Source: an uncultured Clostridia bacterium
GTDB lineage: Bacteria; Bacillota; Clostridia; Christensenellales; UBA1242
NCBI GenBank assembly: GCA_944376825.1
Contig: CALWDY010000021.1
Location: 1-54,015, forward strand
Length of the DNA stretch: 54,015 bases
Direction of reading: 5' to 3'
Shown here in pieces: positions 1 through 9,237 of this stretch; position 1 is the stretch's first letter; every line of letters begins with the position of its first letter. The notes under the pieces are model-generated. The model was not told the DNA's origin, searched no databases, and was given only the letters and a program-made list of their open reading frames with translations. A program made the translations under genes and the position numbers.

Positions 1-59
1 ATGTATAAAAAATAAAAGGAGAAGAGATGAGAAAAAAGAGCAAACTTTTTTTAAGCATG
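1..59 (+). repeat. 59-bp exact terminal direct repeat (copy 1)
   Basis: 1..59 is identical to 53957..54015 (ATGTATAAAA...TTAAGCATG); includes RBS AAGGAG and the first 11 codons of ORF 27..1541. Confidence 0.97.
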
Positions 60-1541
60 GCAAGTATGGTGCTTACCGTTGCACTATTTTGCTTTGGCGT
101 GTATGCAGCACTAGGCGTAAGTTACACCATTTCAGGAAGTGTTGTGTATCAAGTTAAAGATGTGTTTGTGAACATACAAACATCACTGTACATGTCAAAA
201 GATACATCACTAACAGACCAAAGCACACTTGATGACAATGTTGAATTGTTTGAAACAAATCCAGATAATGCTCAAACAACAACAAACACCCAAAAGTTGG
301 CATACAGTGATGGACTAAAAACATATGACATAGGCACGGGTTTGATACTTGAACCAACAGAAGATGACTTAACAAGTGAAAACATACCAATAAACTATGG
401 TTCGTATGAAATACAAAACGAAGGCTTAGAAAACGAAAGTGCAAAAGGCTATGCATATTACATAGTTGTTTCTATAACAAACTACGGAACGGAAAGTGTT
501 AGTGTTACGCTTACAAATAACATAGACCCACAAGCAACAAACAGTTTAACAAAACTAAGCGGAAACACAACCATTGCTGGGAGAACAGCAGACAAAACCT
601 ATACAACCAAACACATAGTAATAGGCATGGCACTAAACGACGCAACAAAAAGCGTTAGTGATGTAAACTTTAATGTGCCAATTGTTGTTTCAAAAACATT
701 AATAGAAGAGTCTTCAATTTACGAAAGAGTAAACGCAAATAATGAACCAGATGCCAACGGAGATTATCTGCTCTTTGGTTACTATCCACAAACATTAAAA
801 GAGGCTGGCGTTGCAATAACAGGTACAACACCAAACGAAAACGGTTATTATACTGGCAGTGATGGCGAACTGTATGCTTTGGCAGAAGATGATAACTATT
901 ACAAAGTTGAAAAACTTCGTTGGCGCATACTTGATGACAACTATGGAGATGGCACAGCACTTATTGTGTGCGATACAATAATTGACAAGGTAATTTATCA
1001 ACCAAATTATACAGATCAAAATGGCTATAATTACGCAACAAACGAAAATGGGAATATAATAACAGATGTGGAAGATGCAGTGATAACAGATGCACAAAAC
1101 AGGGTTTATGCCAACAACTATAAACACAGCAACCTTCGTGCGTGGTTAAATGGTGAGTTTTATAACAAATTTACAGATGATGAAAAAGATGCAATTGTTT
1201 TAACCACAGTGGACAACAGCACAACATCGGGTGCTCCAAGTGAGTTTGTTTGTGAAAACACCATCGATTATGTTTATGCACTAACCATAAATGATGTAAA
1301 CAACGCAGCCTATGGCTTTGGAAATGAAGTTGACCCTGCAAAAAACTTTAAAGTAAGTGAGTATGCAAATGCAAAAGGTGTATATAGAGACTCCTTTAAT
1401 TATGGGTATGGGTGGCTTCGTTCGCCGAGTCCTTATTACTATGGATGCGATGTTTTTGCGGTGGGAGAAAGTTCGGTTTTTTATAACGAAGTGGCTGGAG
1501 ATGGCAATGGTGCGCTTCCCGCTTTGCAAATAGAGTTATAA
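27..1541 (+). CDS. Secreted/surface protein with C-terminal DUF6273-like (CLec-fold-like) domain; putative DGR target
   Basis: RBS AAGGAG; signal peptide ending FGVYAA; motifs LFGYYPQ, LRWRILD, NNYKHSNLRAWLN, WLRSP, GALPALQI. Confidence 0.75.
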   Translation: MRKKSKLFLSMASMVLTVALFCFGVYAALGVSYTISGSVVYQVKDVFVNIQTSLYMSKDTSLTDQSTLDDNVELFETNPDNAQTTTNTQKLAYSDGLKTYDIGTGLILEPTEDDLTSENIPINYGSYEIQNEGLENESAKGYAYYIVVSITNYGTESVSVTLTNNIDPQATNSLTKLSGNTTIAGRTADKTYTTKHIVIGMALNDATKSVSDVNFNVPIVVSKTLIEESSIYERVNANNEPDANGDYLLFGYYPQTLKEAGVAITGTTPNENGYYTGSDGELYALAEDDNYYKVEKLRWRILDDNYGDGTALIVCDTIIDKVIYQPNYTDQNGYNYATNENGNIITDVEDAVITDAQNRVYANNYKHSNLRAWLNGEFYNKFTDDEKDAIVLTTVDNSTTSGAPSEFVCENTIDYVYALTINDVNNAAYGFGNEVDPAKNFKVSEYANAKGVYRDSFNYGYGWLRSPSPYYYGCDVFAVGESSVFYNEVAGDGNGALPALQIEL

Positions 1542-1567
1542 ATTGAATTTAAAAATCTTTAAATTTG

Positions 1568-1616
1568 TTGCGAGTTAAGCAAAAGTGTTTTGCACTGCTT
1601 AACTTGCAATTTTTTT
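1568..1616 (+). terminator. Rho-independent terminator hairpin
   Basis: TTGCGAGTTAAGCA / TGCTTAACTTGCAA stem (one G-T pair) followed by a T run. Confidence 0.75.
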
Positions 1617-1646
1617 GATTAAAAACATAAATTTTAACAAAACAAA

Positions 1647-1727
1647 GGCACGAAAGTGCACACAGGGTGTGCAGTTTGCAAAGCAAACAAACCCGTTTGG
1701 AGGCTTCCAAACGGGTTTTTTCGTGCC
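1647..1727. repeat. Four-way-junction palindromic element, copy 1
   Basis: Outer stem GGCACGAAA/TTTCGTGCC encloses three perfect hairpins; second copy at 53591..53680. Confidence 0.9.
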
Positions 1728-1769
1728 GTATTTTAAAATGCAAGTTTGCCGTATTTTAAAATGCAAGTT
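1724..1769 (+). repeat. 23-bp perfect tandem duplication
   Basis: TGCCGTATTTTAAAATGCAAGTT at 1724..1746 and 1747..1769. Confidence 0.92.
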
Positions 1770-1774
1770 ATAGT

Positions 1775-3568
1775 TTACTCAACAGTAACGCTTTTTGCCA
1801 AGTTTCTTGGCTTATCGGGACTATATCCCAGTTTTAAGCATGTTTTCACGGCAAGCATTTGAAAAGGAACAATGCAAAGCATGCTACTTAATTCTTCGGG
1901 AGACTTATAAAAATGATAAACAAAATCTACATCTTGCAAGTTTTCTTCATCAACATTTAAATTTGTAACCAAAATAATATTTCCACCACGAGACTTAATT
2001 TCACTTGCACTTGCAAGGTTTTTGGACAAAAGTTCTTTTTTTGTTGCAATAACAAAAACAAGGCTTTTGCTGTCAACAAGCGAAAGTGTGCCATGTTTAA
2101 GTTCGCCAGATGGCAAACTTACGCAGTTTATGTAGGTTATTTCTTTAAGTTTAAGTCCTGCTTCTAGTGCCGAAACATAATCTTCTCCTCTGCCAATAAA
2201 AAACACCTTTTCACTTTTTAAAACAACATTAGATATGTCATCTATGTAATTTAAGTTATAAAAGAAATTTGTTTTGTTGAGTTTTTTTAATTTTTTTATT
2301 ATGTCAATATTTTTGAATTTTTTAGTGTTATACATATGTAAACTAAGCATATAAAAAACAAAAAGCATTGCATTATAGGCTTTTGTGGAAATAACAGCAA
2401 TTTCCATGCCAGCACAAAGAGGTAAAACTATGTTAGAACCTCTTGCAATTGATGAATGTGGAACATTAACAAGAGAAATTATTTTTGCCTTGTTTTGTTT
2501 TGCTAGTTTTAAGCAAAGTAGGGTGTCGGCAGTTTCGCCACTTTGGCTACAAAAAATACAAAGCGTATTTTTGTTGATTTTAGGATTGGAATAACTAAAT
2601 TCACTTGCAATGTGTGCAGAGCATTCCATACTAGTTTTTTCTTGAATAAATTTTGCTCCCATTAAACATGCGTGATATGCCGTACCGCATCCAATAAGTT
2701 TTATGCTATTTATGTCTTTTAAATATTCATGGTCTATTTTTTCAAAATAGTTGGTTGAGCTATACGAGGTAATTATATTATTTAAAACATGTGGTATCTC
2801 ATCAATTTCTTTTTCTGCAAAATAGTTGTAATTTCCCTTTGATGCATTTTTTTCAAAAACTGTTACCTTGGTTTTTTTTACTTTTATTTCTTTTAAATTA
2901 AAATCATAAAAAACAATTTCGTCTTTTTTTGCAACACAAATACTGTTTTCTGGCAACGCATAATAATCTTCAAATTTTTCGCCAAAGCAAACGGGGTCGC
3001 TTGACGCTAAAACTTCTTTAGCACTTTTTGCAACATAAAGGGGACTATTTTTTCTTGCCAAAAACAATGTGTTTTTTTCATTTTTGTTCATGATGCAAAA
3101 AGCAAAACTTCCTTTGAGAATTTTAATAGTTTTTTCTATTGCTTCTAAAACGCTACCCTTATGCAAACATAAAAGATTTGCCACAACTTCGGTGTCGGTT
3201 TCACCACACACTTTTATATTTTTTTCAAGAAGTTCTTTTTTTAAATCTAGGTAATTTTCAATTATTCCATTATGTACCACGCACCAAATTTTATCAAAAC
3301 TCAAATGCGGATGAGTGTTTAAAATGCTAACTTTTCCATGAGTTGCCCACCTGGTGTGTGCAATGCCACAATTTGATTTTATCTTTGTGTTTAGGTTTTT
3401 ATATAAATTTTTAATTTCTCCTAAACTTTTATGTACATAAAATTCATCATTGTCAAAAAGGCATATTCCAGAAGAATCATATCCACGGTATTCTAATTTT
3501 TTAAGATTGTTTATAATTGTTTCTTCTGTGTTTTCATTTTTGCCAATGTAACCAATTATGCCACACAT
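1775..3568 (-). CDS. glmS: Glutamine-fructose-6-phosphate aminotransferase
   Basis: N-terminal MCGIIG, EYRGYDS, HTRWATHG, SQSGETAD, C-terminal DKPRNLAKSVTVE. Confidence 0.97.
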   Translation of the reverse strand: MCGIIGYIGKNENTEETIINNLKKLEYRGYDSSGICLFDNDEFYVHKSLGEIKNLYKNLNTKIKSNCGIAHTRWATHGKVSILNTHPHLSFDKIWCVVHNGIIENYLDLKKELLEKNIKVCGETDTEVVANLLCLHKGSVLEAIEKTIKILKGSFAFCIMNKNEKNTLFLARKNSPLYVAKSAKEVLASSDPVCFGEKFEDYYALPENSICVAKKDEIVFYDFNLKEIKVKKTKVTVFEKNASKGNYNYFAEKEIDEIPHVLNNIITSYSSTNYFEKIDHEYLKDINSIKLIGCGTAYHACLMGAKFIQEKTSMECSAHIASEFSYSNPKINKNTLCIFCSQSGETADTLLCLKLAKQNKAKIISLVNVPHSSIARGSNIVLPLCAGMEIAVISTKAYNAMLFVFYMLSLHMYNTKKFKNIDIIKKLKKLNKTNFFYNLNYIDDISNVVLKSEKVFFIGRGEDYVSALEAGLKLKEITYINCVSLPSGELKHGTLSLVDSKSLVFVIATKKELLSKNLASASEIKSRGGNIILVTNLNVDEENLQDVDFVYHFYKSPEELSSMLCIVPFQMLAVKTCLKLGYSPDKPRNLAKSVTVE

Positions 3569-3746
3569 ATTTACTCCTTAAATGTAAAATAGGCTATAAC
3601 CTTTAATTACGATATTGCATGCTTTTTGTCGTAACATATAATAATATGAAAGTTGGCTAAATTAAGACACAAAACATTTTGTTATAATTTTAGTTGATGC
3701 TTGAAATATAATAAAAATATTGATACACTATAAAAAAGGAGCAAAA

Positions 3747-4235
3747 ATGAAAAAGGGTTTAAAAAATTCAGTTCAAAAAGATTATGTAAATAAAATTGTG
3801 GCAGAATTTATAAAAGCAATAAAAGAGCGATATTTCAATTTAATGTTAAACAAAAACTACATAAAAAATGAGAAACAAATGTCCGAGCAAGATATATTAA
3901 AATTTAAAAAATTTGAAAGCCAGTTAGATGGTTTTGGCAGTTTTTTAGAGGAAAGTTTTAGTTGGCAGATAAAAACGAAAAACAATTTGCATTATAGTTC
4001 GGATTATAATTATGAAGGGGAAGAAAGAGAATTTGGTTTTTTGATTGAAAATGGTGCAATAGATTATTTTGGCAAAGAGATTTCACAACTTCTTGGAGAA
4101 AATTTTTTTATAGAAATATATGCAAACAAAGAAAACGCCGTTTTAAATATAACAAAAATAAAAGATGGAAAAATTGTAACCAAATCCCAAAAAATTTGCA
4201 ACAATCTTTTAGTTGAGGAAAATAAGGAAATGTAA
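3747..4235 (+). CDS. Hypothetical protein
   Basis: ORF with AAGGAG RBS before ATG 3747; followed by a terminator. Confidence 0.7.
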   Translation: MKKGLKNSVQKDYVNKIVAEFIKAIKERYFNLMLNKNYIKNEKQMSEQDILKFKKFESQLDGFGSFLEESFSWQIKTKNNLHYSSDYNYEGEEREFGFLIENGAIDYFGKEISQLLGENFFIEIYANKENAVLNITKIKDGKIVTKSQKICNNLLVEENKEM

Positions 4236-4283
4236 AAACAAAAACCACGGTATAATTGAGCAGTATCCGTGGTTTTTTTGTTT
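4236..4283. terminator. Bidirectional terminator between convergent genes
   Basis: AAAACCACGG...CCGTGGTTTT with A and T flanks. Confidence 0.75.
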
Positions 4284-4288
4284 GTATT

Positions 4289-5848
4289 TTAATTTAATTT
4301 TTGTAATTTTTTCTTTGCCACAAAAATAATAAAATATAATAAAATTAAAAACAATGCGATTATAATTGAAATGTTAATTAAAAAATAATGTAGCAAACTA
4401 TAATTTATATTTAAAAATATTGTAGTTGTAATCATAACAAAAGCAAGGGGAATAAAAACAGACAAAAACGAACTTAAAGATTGTTTAACAAGCACACTAT
4501 CATTTTGTGTTGTTAAATTTGGAAAACAAATGTTCATCACAATGCCAAACATACAAAGTGTTAAATTAAAAAATAAGCAACAAGCAATTATCATTAAACA
4601 AAACCAAAACGAAATATTATAACTAATTGAAAATATTATTATTGAAACTAAAATAAATGGCAAGCCCACTAAAAAGGCAAAAGTAATTTTAATCCAAATT
4701 ATTTGAGCAAAAGACAGAGGCATGCTTTTTAACATACTAAAACTTTGTCGTTCCATAGAAATAGAAACAGCCGAAATATTTGCGGTTGACAACATAAAAA
4801 AGCATATTGTAATAAAGATAATGCTAAGAGTAAAAGAACTTATTGGAATAATTTCTCCAATTGAGTTTATAAGAGATTTGTCAATGGCAAAATATATGCA
4901 AACACCAAGCAAAAGTAAATATGAAAAAAGCGTGTTAAAAACATACATGGGACTTGAAAAATACTTCTTTTTTTCCTTGTTTAAAAGTGCAAAAAACAAA
5001 GGTTTATTTTTGTAATAAATTTTTGATTTTGATGCGGTAGAAGAATTAAGTTCAGTACACATTTTAAAATATGTTAAATACACAAAATAATAAATGAATA
5101 CACTTAACGCGATTGCAAGTAAAATATTGTACAAAAGATATAATAAATTGTTTTGTGTTATGGAAATGTAAAACCAGTTTATCCAAGGAAGATACTTTAT
5201 AAAGTTGGTAGAATTTGCGTTTTCCATTAAGTCAAACACATTTATTTGCATATAAAAATACATAAATAAACCAAAAAATACAAATAGTGCCAAAGTTGAA
5301 AATAAATTTTTATATTTAATTTTTTGAGTTAAAAAACTAAAAAAACAAGTAATTAGACAACTTAAACAAAGTGGTACAATGGGTTCAATAAAAAAACCAA
5401 ATAAAAAACAAATAAAACTTACAATATTAAATCCGTTATACACATAATAAAGCACTGTAAAAGGCACAATAAAAACAAATTGATACAAATAACCCAAAAG
5501 CAAAATGCCAATTAATTTTGAAAGTATTATTGTGCTTTTTTTGATTGGCATGCTAAAAATGATGTCGTTGTCTTTGCTTTTATACAACACATTAAAGCAT
5601 GAACTAAAAAATAAAAATATTACAAAAAAGTTAGATGCTAAAATTGAAAAGGAAATTAAAAACTCATAGTTTTTTAAATTGCTTTCTTTTAAAACCATTA
5701 TAAAAGAATAGGCATAAAAAGTAGAAAAACCCAAAAGGAACAAAAGTGCAAAAACAATTAAAAATTTGCCCACCTTTGACTTTTTTTTATTTGCCAAGTT
5801 TATTGCCGACAAAAAATTTAATTTAATTAAAGCAACAAGATTATTCAT
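4289..5848 (-). CDS. ABC-2 type exporter permease
   Basis: Many hydrophobic segments; SMPI and SISMERQSFSMLKSMPLS motifs; overlaps the ABC ATPase stop. Confidence 0.85.
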   Translation of the reverse strand: MNNLVALIKLNFLSAINLANKKKSKVGKFLIVFALLFLLGFSTFYAYSFIMVLKESNLKNYEFLISFSILASNFFVIFLFFSSCFNVLYKSKDNDIIFSMPIKKSTIILSKLIGILLLGYLYQFVFIVPFTVLYYVYNGFNIVSFICFLFGFFIEPIVPLCLSCLITCFFSFLTQKIKYKNLFSTLALFVFFGLFMYFYMQINVFDLMENANSTNFIKYLPWINWFYISITQNNLLYLLYNILLAIALSVFIYYFVYLTYFKMCTELNSSTASKSKIYYKNKPLFFALLNKEKKKYFSSPMYVFNTLFSYLLLLGVCIYFAIDKSLINSIGEIIPISSFTLSIIFITICFFMLSTANISAVSISMERQSFSMLKSMPLSFAQIIWIKITFAFLVGLPFILVSIIIFSISYNISFWFCLMIIACCLFFNLTLCMFGIVMNICFPNLTTQNDSVLVKQSLSSFLSVFIPLAFVMITTTIFLNINYSLLHYFLINISIIIALFLILLYFIIFVAKKKLQKLN

Positions 5849-6551
5849 TTTCGTTGATCTCCAAAAATATAGTTTCTAAATTTTCATCGCCTAAAACATC
5901 TTTCATCGTTCCTTGTTTTACTATTTTGCCTTCGTTTAAAATTATAACATGGTCGCATAGTTTTTCTGCAACTTCCAAAATGTGAGTGGAAAAGAAAATA
6001 GACACGCCAAGTTTTGTTAAGTCTTTCATCAAAGTTTTAAGTTTGTGGGTGCTTGTTGGGTCAAGTCCAACAAAAGGTTCGTCTAGTATTATTAGTTTTG
6101 GATTGTGTACAAGTGCAGAAATAATTGCGAGTTTTTGTTTCATGCCATGTGAAAAAGACGAAATTTGTTGTCCTAAATTTTCTTTTATTTCAAACATTGA
6201 TGCATACATGTCTATTCTTTGTTTTCTTTCTGTTTTGTCAACTTTATATATGTCGCAAACAAAATTTAAATAGGCTATTGCCGTCATAAAATCGTACATG
6301 TTTGGATTGTCGGGAATATAAGCAAAAGTTTGTTTTGCTTCAAGAGGCTGTGTTTTAATGTTGTTTCCATTAATGTAAATTTCACCGTCTTCAAAATCTA
6401 TAATTCCACACACACATTTAATGGTTGTTGTTTTTCCGGCGCCATTTTTGCCTATAAATGCACAAAGTTCTCCATCTTTTACGATTAAAGACAAATTATC
6501 AACAACTTTTTTTGTGCCATAAAACTTTGTTAAATTTTTAATTTCAAGCAT
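5841..6551 (-). CDS. ABC transporter ATP-binding protein
   Basis: Walker A GKNGAGKTT, signature FSHGMKQK, Walker B IILDEP, H-loop STH; RBS GGAGG before ATG 6551. Confidence 0.95.
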   Translation of the reverse strand: MLEIKNLTKFYGTKKVVDNLSLIVKDGELCAFIGKNGAGKTTTIKCVCGIIDFEDGEIYINGNNIKTQPLEAKQTFAYIPDNPNMYDFMTAIAYLNFVCDIYKVDKTERKQRIDMYASMFEIKENLGQQISSFSHGMKQKLAIISALVHNPKLIILDEPFVGLDPTSTHKLKTLMKDLTKLGVSIFFSTHILEVAEKLCDHVIILNEGKIVKQGTMKDVLGDENLETIFLEINENE

Positions 6552-6718
6552 TTTTACCTCCAATTTAGAGCATAAATTTACAATAGTATATAATTTCTCA
6601 TATTTAAAGTCAAATGTATAATATAATAATATTTGTAAGCATGTTTTTTATGTTTGTTGACATATATTTTAATATGTTGTAATATTTAATTATATTTTAT
6701 TTATAGGGTAAACTAAAT

Positions 6719-9199
6719 TTGAAGCTAAGAAAATCATTTGACATTATAAGGTATAATCCAACGCTAAGCGAGGGACTTTTAACCGAGCAAGTTAAAGAAC
6801 GCACAGAACATAAATTATTTAACAAAGTAAAACAAAAAACAGGAAAATCTTATTTTAGAATTGTTTTTGAAAATATTTTTACTTTTTTTAATTTTATTTG
6901 GATTTTAATTTTCACTGCTCTTATGCTTGTTGAAAGTTATGGCGATTTGTTGTTTATTGTGGTGATATTTTTAAATACACTAATTTCAATAATACAAGAG
7001 TGCAAAGCAAAAGTGGTTGTAGACAAGTTGAGTTTGGTTACAATGCCCAAAGTAAAAGTGATTCGCGACAGTCAAACTCTTGAAATTCAATCTGAAAAAA
7101 TTGTGCTGGACGATGTGATATATCTCGAAATAGGCAATTCTATTCCTGCCGACTGCGTTGTTTTAGAAGGAAAATTAGAAGTAAATGAAAGTTTGCTTAC
7201 AGGCGAAAGCGATGCTGTAAAAAAGGGAGAAGGAGATAATCTTCTTGCGGGAAGTTTTATAATTAGTGGTGCTTGCTATGCAAGAGTTGATAAAATTGGT
7301 AAAGACAACTATATTCAATCCATAGCAAGTCAGGCAAAAAAGTTTAAAAGTCCAAATTCAAGTTTAAATAAAGATTTAAACGCAATTATAAAATACATTG
7401 GTATAGCCATTATTCCAGTTGGTGTATTGATGTTTGTTAACAACTTTTTTTCATATGATAATAGTTGGCAATACGCAGTAACAAAAACTTGTGGGGCCCT
7501 TATAGGAATGGTCCCTGCGGGAATGTTTTTGCTTGTAACAGTGGCTCTTGCAGTGGGAGTTATAAAATTAAGTAAAAAACGAACACTTGTAAAAGATTTA
7601 TATTCAATAGAAATGCTAGCAAGAGCAAATGTTTTATGTTTAGATAAAACAGGCACAATAACAGATGGAACAATGCAGGTTAGTGAACTTATTGATTTAG
7701 ACAGAATACAAGATATTTCTAACGCAGATATAATTTCAAATGTTTTGTATGCTCAACAAACAAGCAATTCAACATCAAATGCAATGCTTGCTGAATTTGG
7801 GAAAAAGAACGATTATAAAATTTTATATAATTTAGACTTTTCTTCAAAGCGAAAATGCACTGCAACAAGCTTTGAAAAATTGGGAACTTTTGTTATAGGT
7901 GCCCCTGAATTTACAAAATGCAGGCTTTCTAAAAAAATAAAAAATTTAATATACGAACACACATCAAAAGGCAAAAGAGTTTTGTTGCTTGCGCATTCTC
8001 AAAAAGTGCTTGATGAAACAGAAAATTTGCCAACAGATAGTATACCTCTTGCGCTAATCACCATTGAAGACCATATAAGGGAAGATGCTTATGACACAAT
8101 AGAATGGTTTAAGCAAAATAATGTGCAAGTAAAAATAATATCGGGAGACAACCCAATAACAGTAAGTAACATTGCAAAAAGAGTGGGTGTTGAAAACGCA
8201 GAGGCTAGCATATCGCTAGAAGGAATGAGTTTGGTTGAAGTTGAAAAAATTGCAACAAACTTTACAGTTTTTGGTAGAGTTAGCCCCGAACAAAAACACA
8301 CACTAGTAAAGGCACTAAAAAAGCAAGGTTATGTTGTTGCAATGACTGGTGATGGAGTAAATGACACGCTTGCTTTAAAAGAAGCAGACTGCTCTATTGC
8401 AATGGCAGACGGAAGCGAAGTTGCAAGAAACTTGTCCAACCTTGTTCTTTTGGATTCAAAATTTTCATCACTGCCAGATGTTGTTAAAGAAGGTAGACAG
8501 GTTATAAACAATGTACAACAGTCTTCAACATTGTTTTTAATGAAAACACTTTTTACAATACTACTGTCTTTATTTAGCATTGTTACAATGTCGGGATATC
8601 CTTTTCAACCTGTTCAAATGTTTTTGCTTGAATTGTTTGTGATTGGATTGCCATCGGTTATTCTTGCATTGCAACCAAACACAAGTTTAATTAAAGGAGA
8701 TTTTATTCCCGTTGTATTAAAGCGTAGTATTCCAAGTGGACTTTTAATATTTTTAAATGTCTTTGGGGTTATTATTCTTGCAAGGTTCAATGTTATTAAT
8801 GCAGAAGAATTTGCAACACTTTCTACACTTGTTTTAATTTTTACAGGATACATTAATTTGTTTTTCTTGTGCTTGCCACTAACAAAAATAAGAGTTGGAT
8901 GTTTAATTTTGTCAATAGCTTGTATTGTTGTTTCTATACTTGCAATGGGTGATTTTTTTGGAATGACAATGATAAATTTAAAGGTTTTGCTTTTTCTGCT
9001 TGCATTTATGATTATAGCAATTCCGTTGCACATTTTTATTCCAAGACTATTAAATAAAATAAATTTAAGAATAAAGCAAAGACAGTTAAATAACGCCGAC
9101 AAAAAAACAAACTACAAGCGAAAACTTGTATATATTGATAAAACATTAGACAACATAAATGAAACAGAAAACGACAGCATTAAAAACGATAAAAAATAG
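6719..9199 (+). CDS. Cation-transporting P-type ATPase (CtpE-like)
   Basis: TGES, DKTGTIT, SGDN and MTGDGVND motifs. Confidence 0.93.
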   Translation: MKLRKSFDIIRYNPTLSEGLLTEQVKERTEHKLFNKVKQKTGKSYFRIVFENIFTFFNFIWILIFTALMLVESYGDLLFIVVIFLNTLISIIQECKAKVVVDKLSLVTMPKVKVIRDSQTLEIQSEKIVLDDVIYLEIGNSIPADCVVLEGKLEVNESLLTGESDAVKKGEGDNLLAGSFIISGACYARVDKIGKDNYIQSIASQAKKFKSPNSSLNKDLNAIIKYIGIAIIPVGVLMFVNNFFSYDNSWQYAVTKTCGALIGMVPAGMFLLVTVALAVGVIKLSKKRTLVKDLYSIEMLARANVLCLDKTGTITDGTMQVSELIDLDRIQDISNADIISNVLYAQQTSNSTSNAMLAEFGKKNDYKILYNLDFSSKRKCTATSFEKLGTFVIGAPEFTKCRLSKKIKNLIYEHTSKGKRVLLLAHSQKVLDETENLPTDSIPLALITIEDHIREDAYDTIEWFKQNNVQVKIISGDNPITVSNIAKRVGVENAEASISLEGMSLVEVEKIATNFTVFGRVSPEQKHTLVKALKKQGYVVAMTGDGVNDTLALKEADCSIAMADGSEVARNLSNLVLLDSKFSSLPDVVKEGRQVINNVQQSSTLFLMKTLFTILLSLFSIVTMSGYPFQPVQMFLLELFVIGLPSVILALQPNTSLIKGDFIPVVLKRSIPSGLLIFLNVFGVIILARFNVINAEEFATLSTLVLIFTGYINLFFLCLPLTKIRVGCLILSIACIVVSILAMGDFFGMTMINLKVLLFLLAFMIIAIPLHIFIPRLLNKINLRIKQRQLNNADKKTNYKRKLVYIDKTLDNINETENDSIKNDKK

Positions 9200-9236
9200 A
9201 CTCTACTTCCCATATGGGAAAAGAGTTTATTTTTTG
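9192..9236. terminator. Bidirectional terminator
   Basis: Imperfect inverted repeat around TTCCCATATGGGAA between convergent genes. Confidence 0.6.
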
Positions 9237-9237
9237 T

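Noticed and set aside
1647-1727. tRNA (cloverleaf shape)
   Set aside because: No T-loop TTCRA, no D-loop GG, no 7-nt anticodon loop; stem lengths do not fit
3569-3720. glmS ribozyme
   Set aside because: Leader is short and AT-rich with no recognisable conserved ribozyme core
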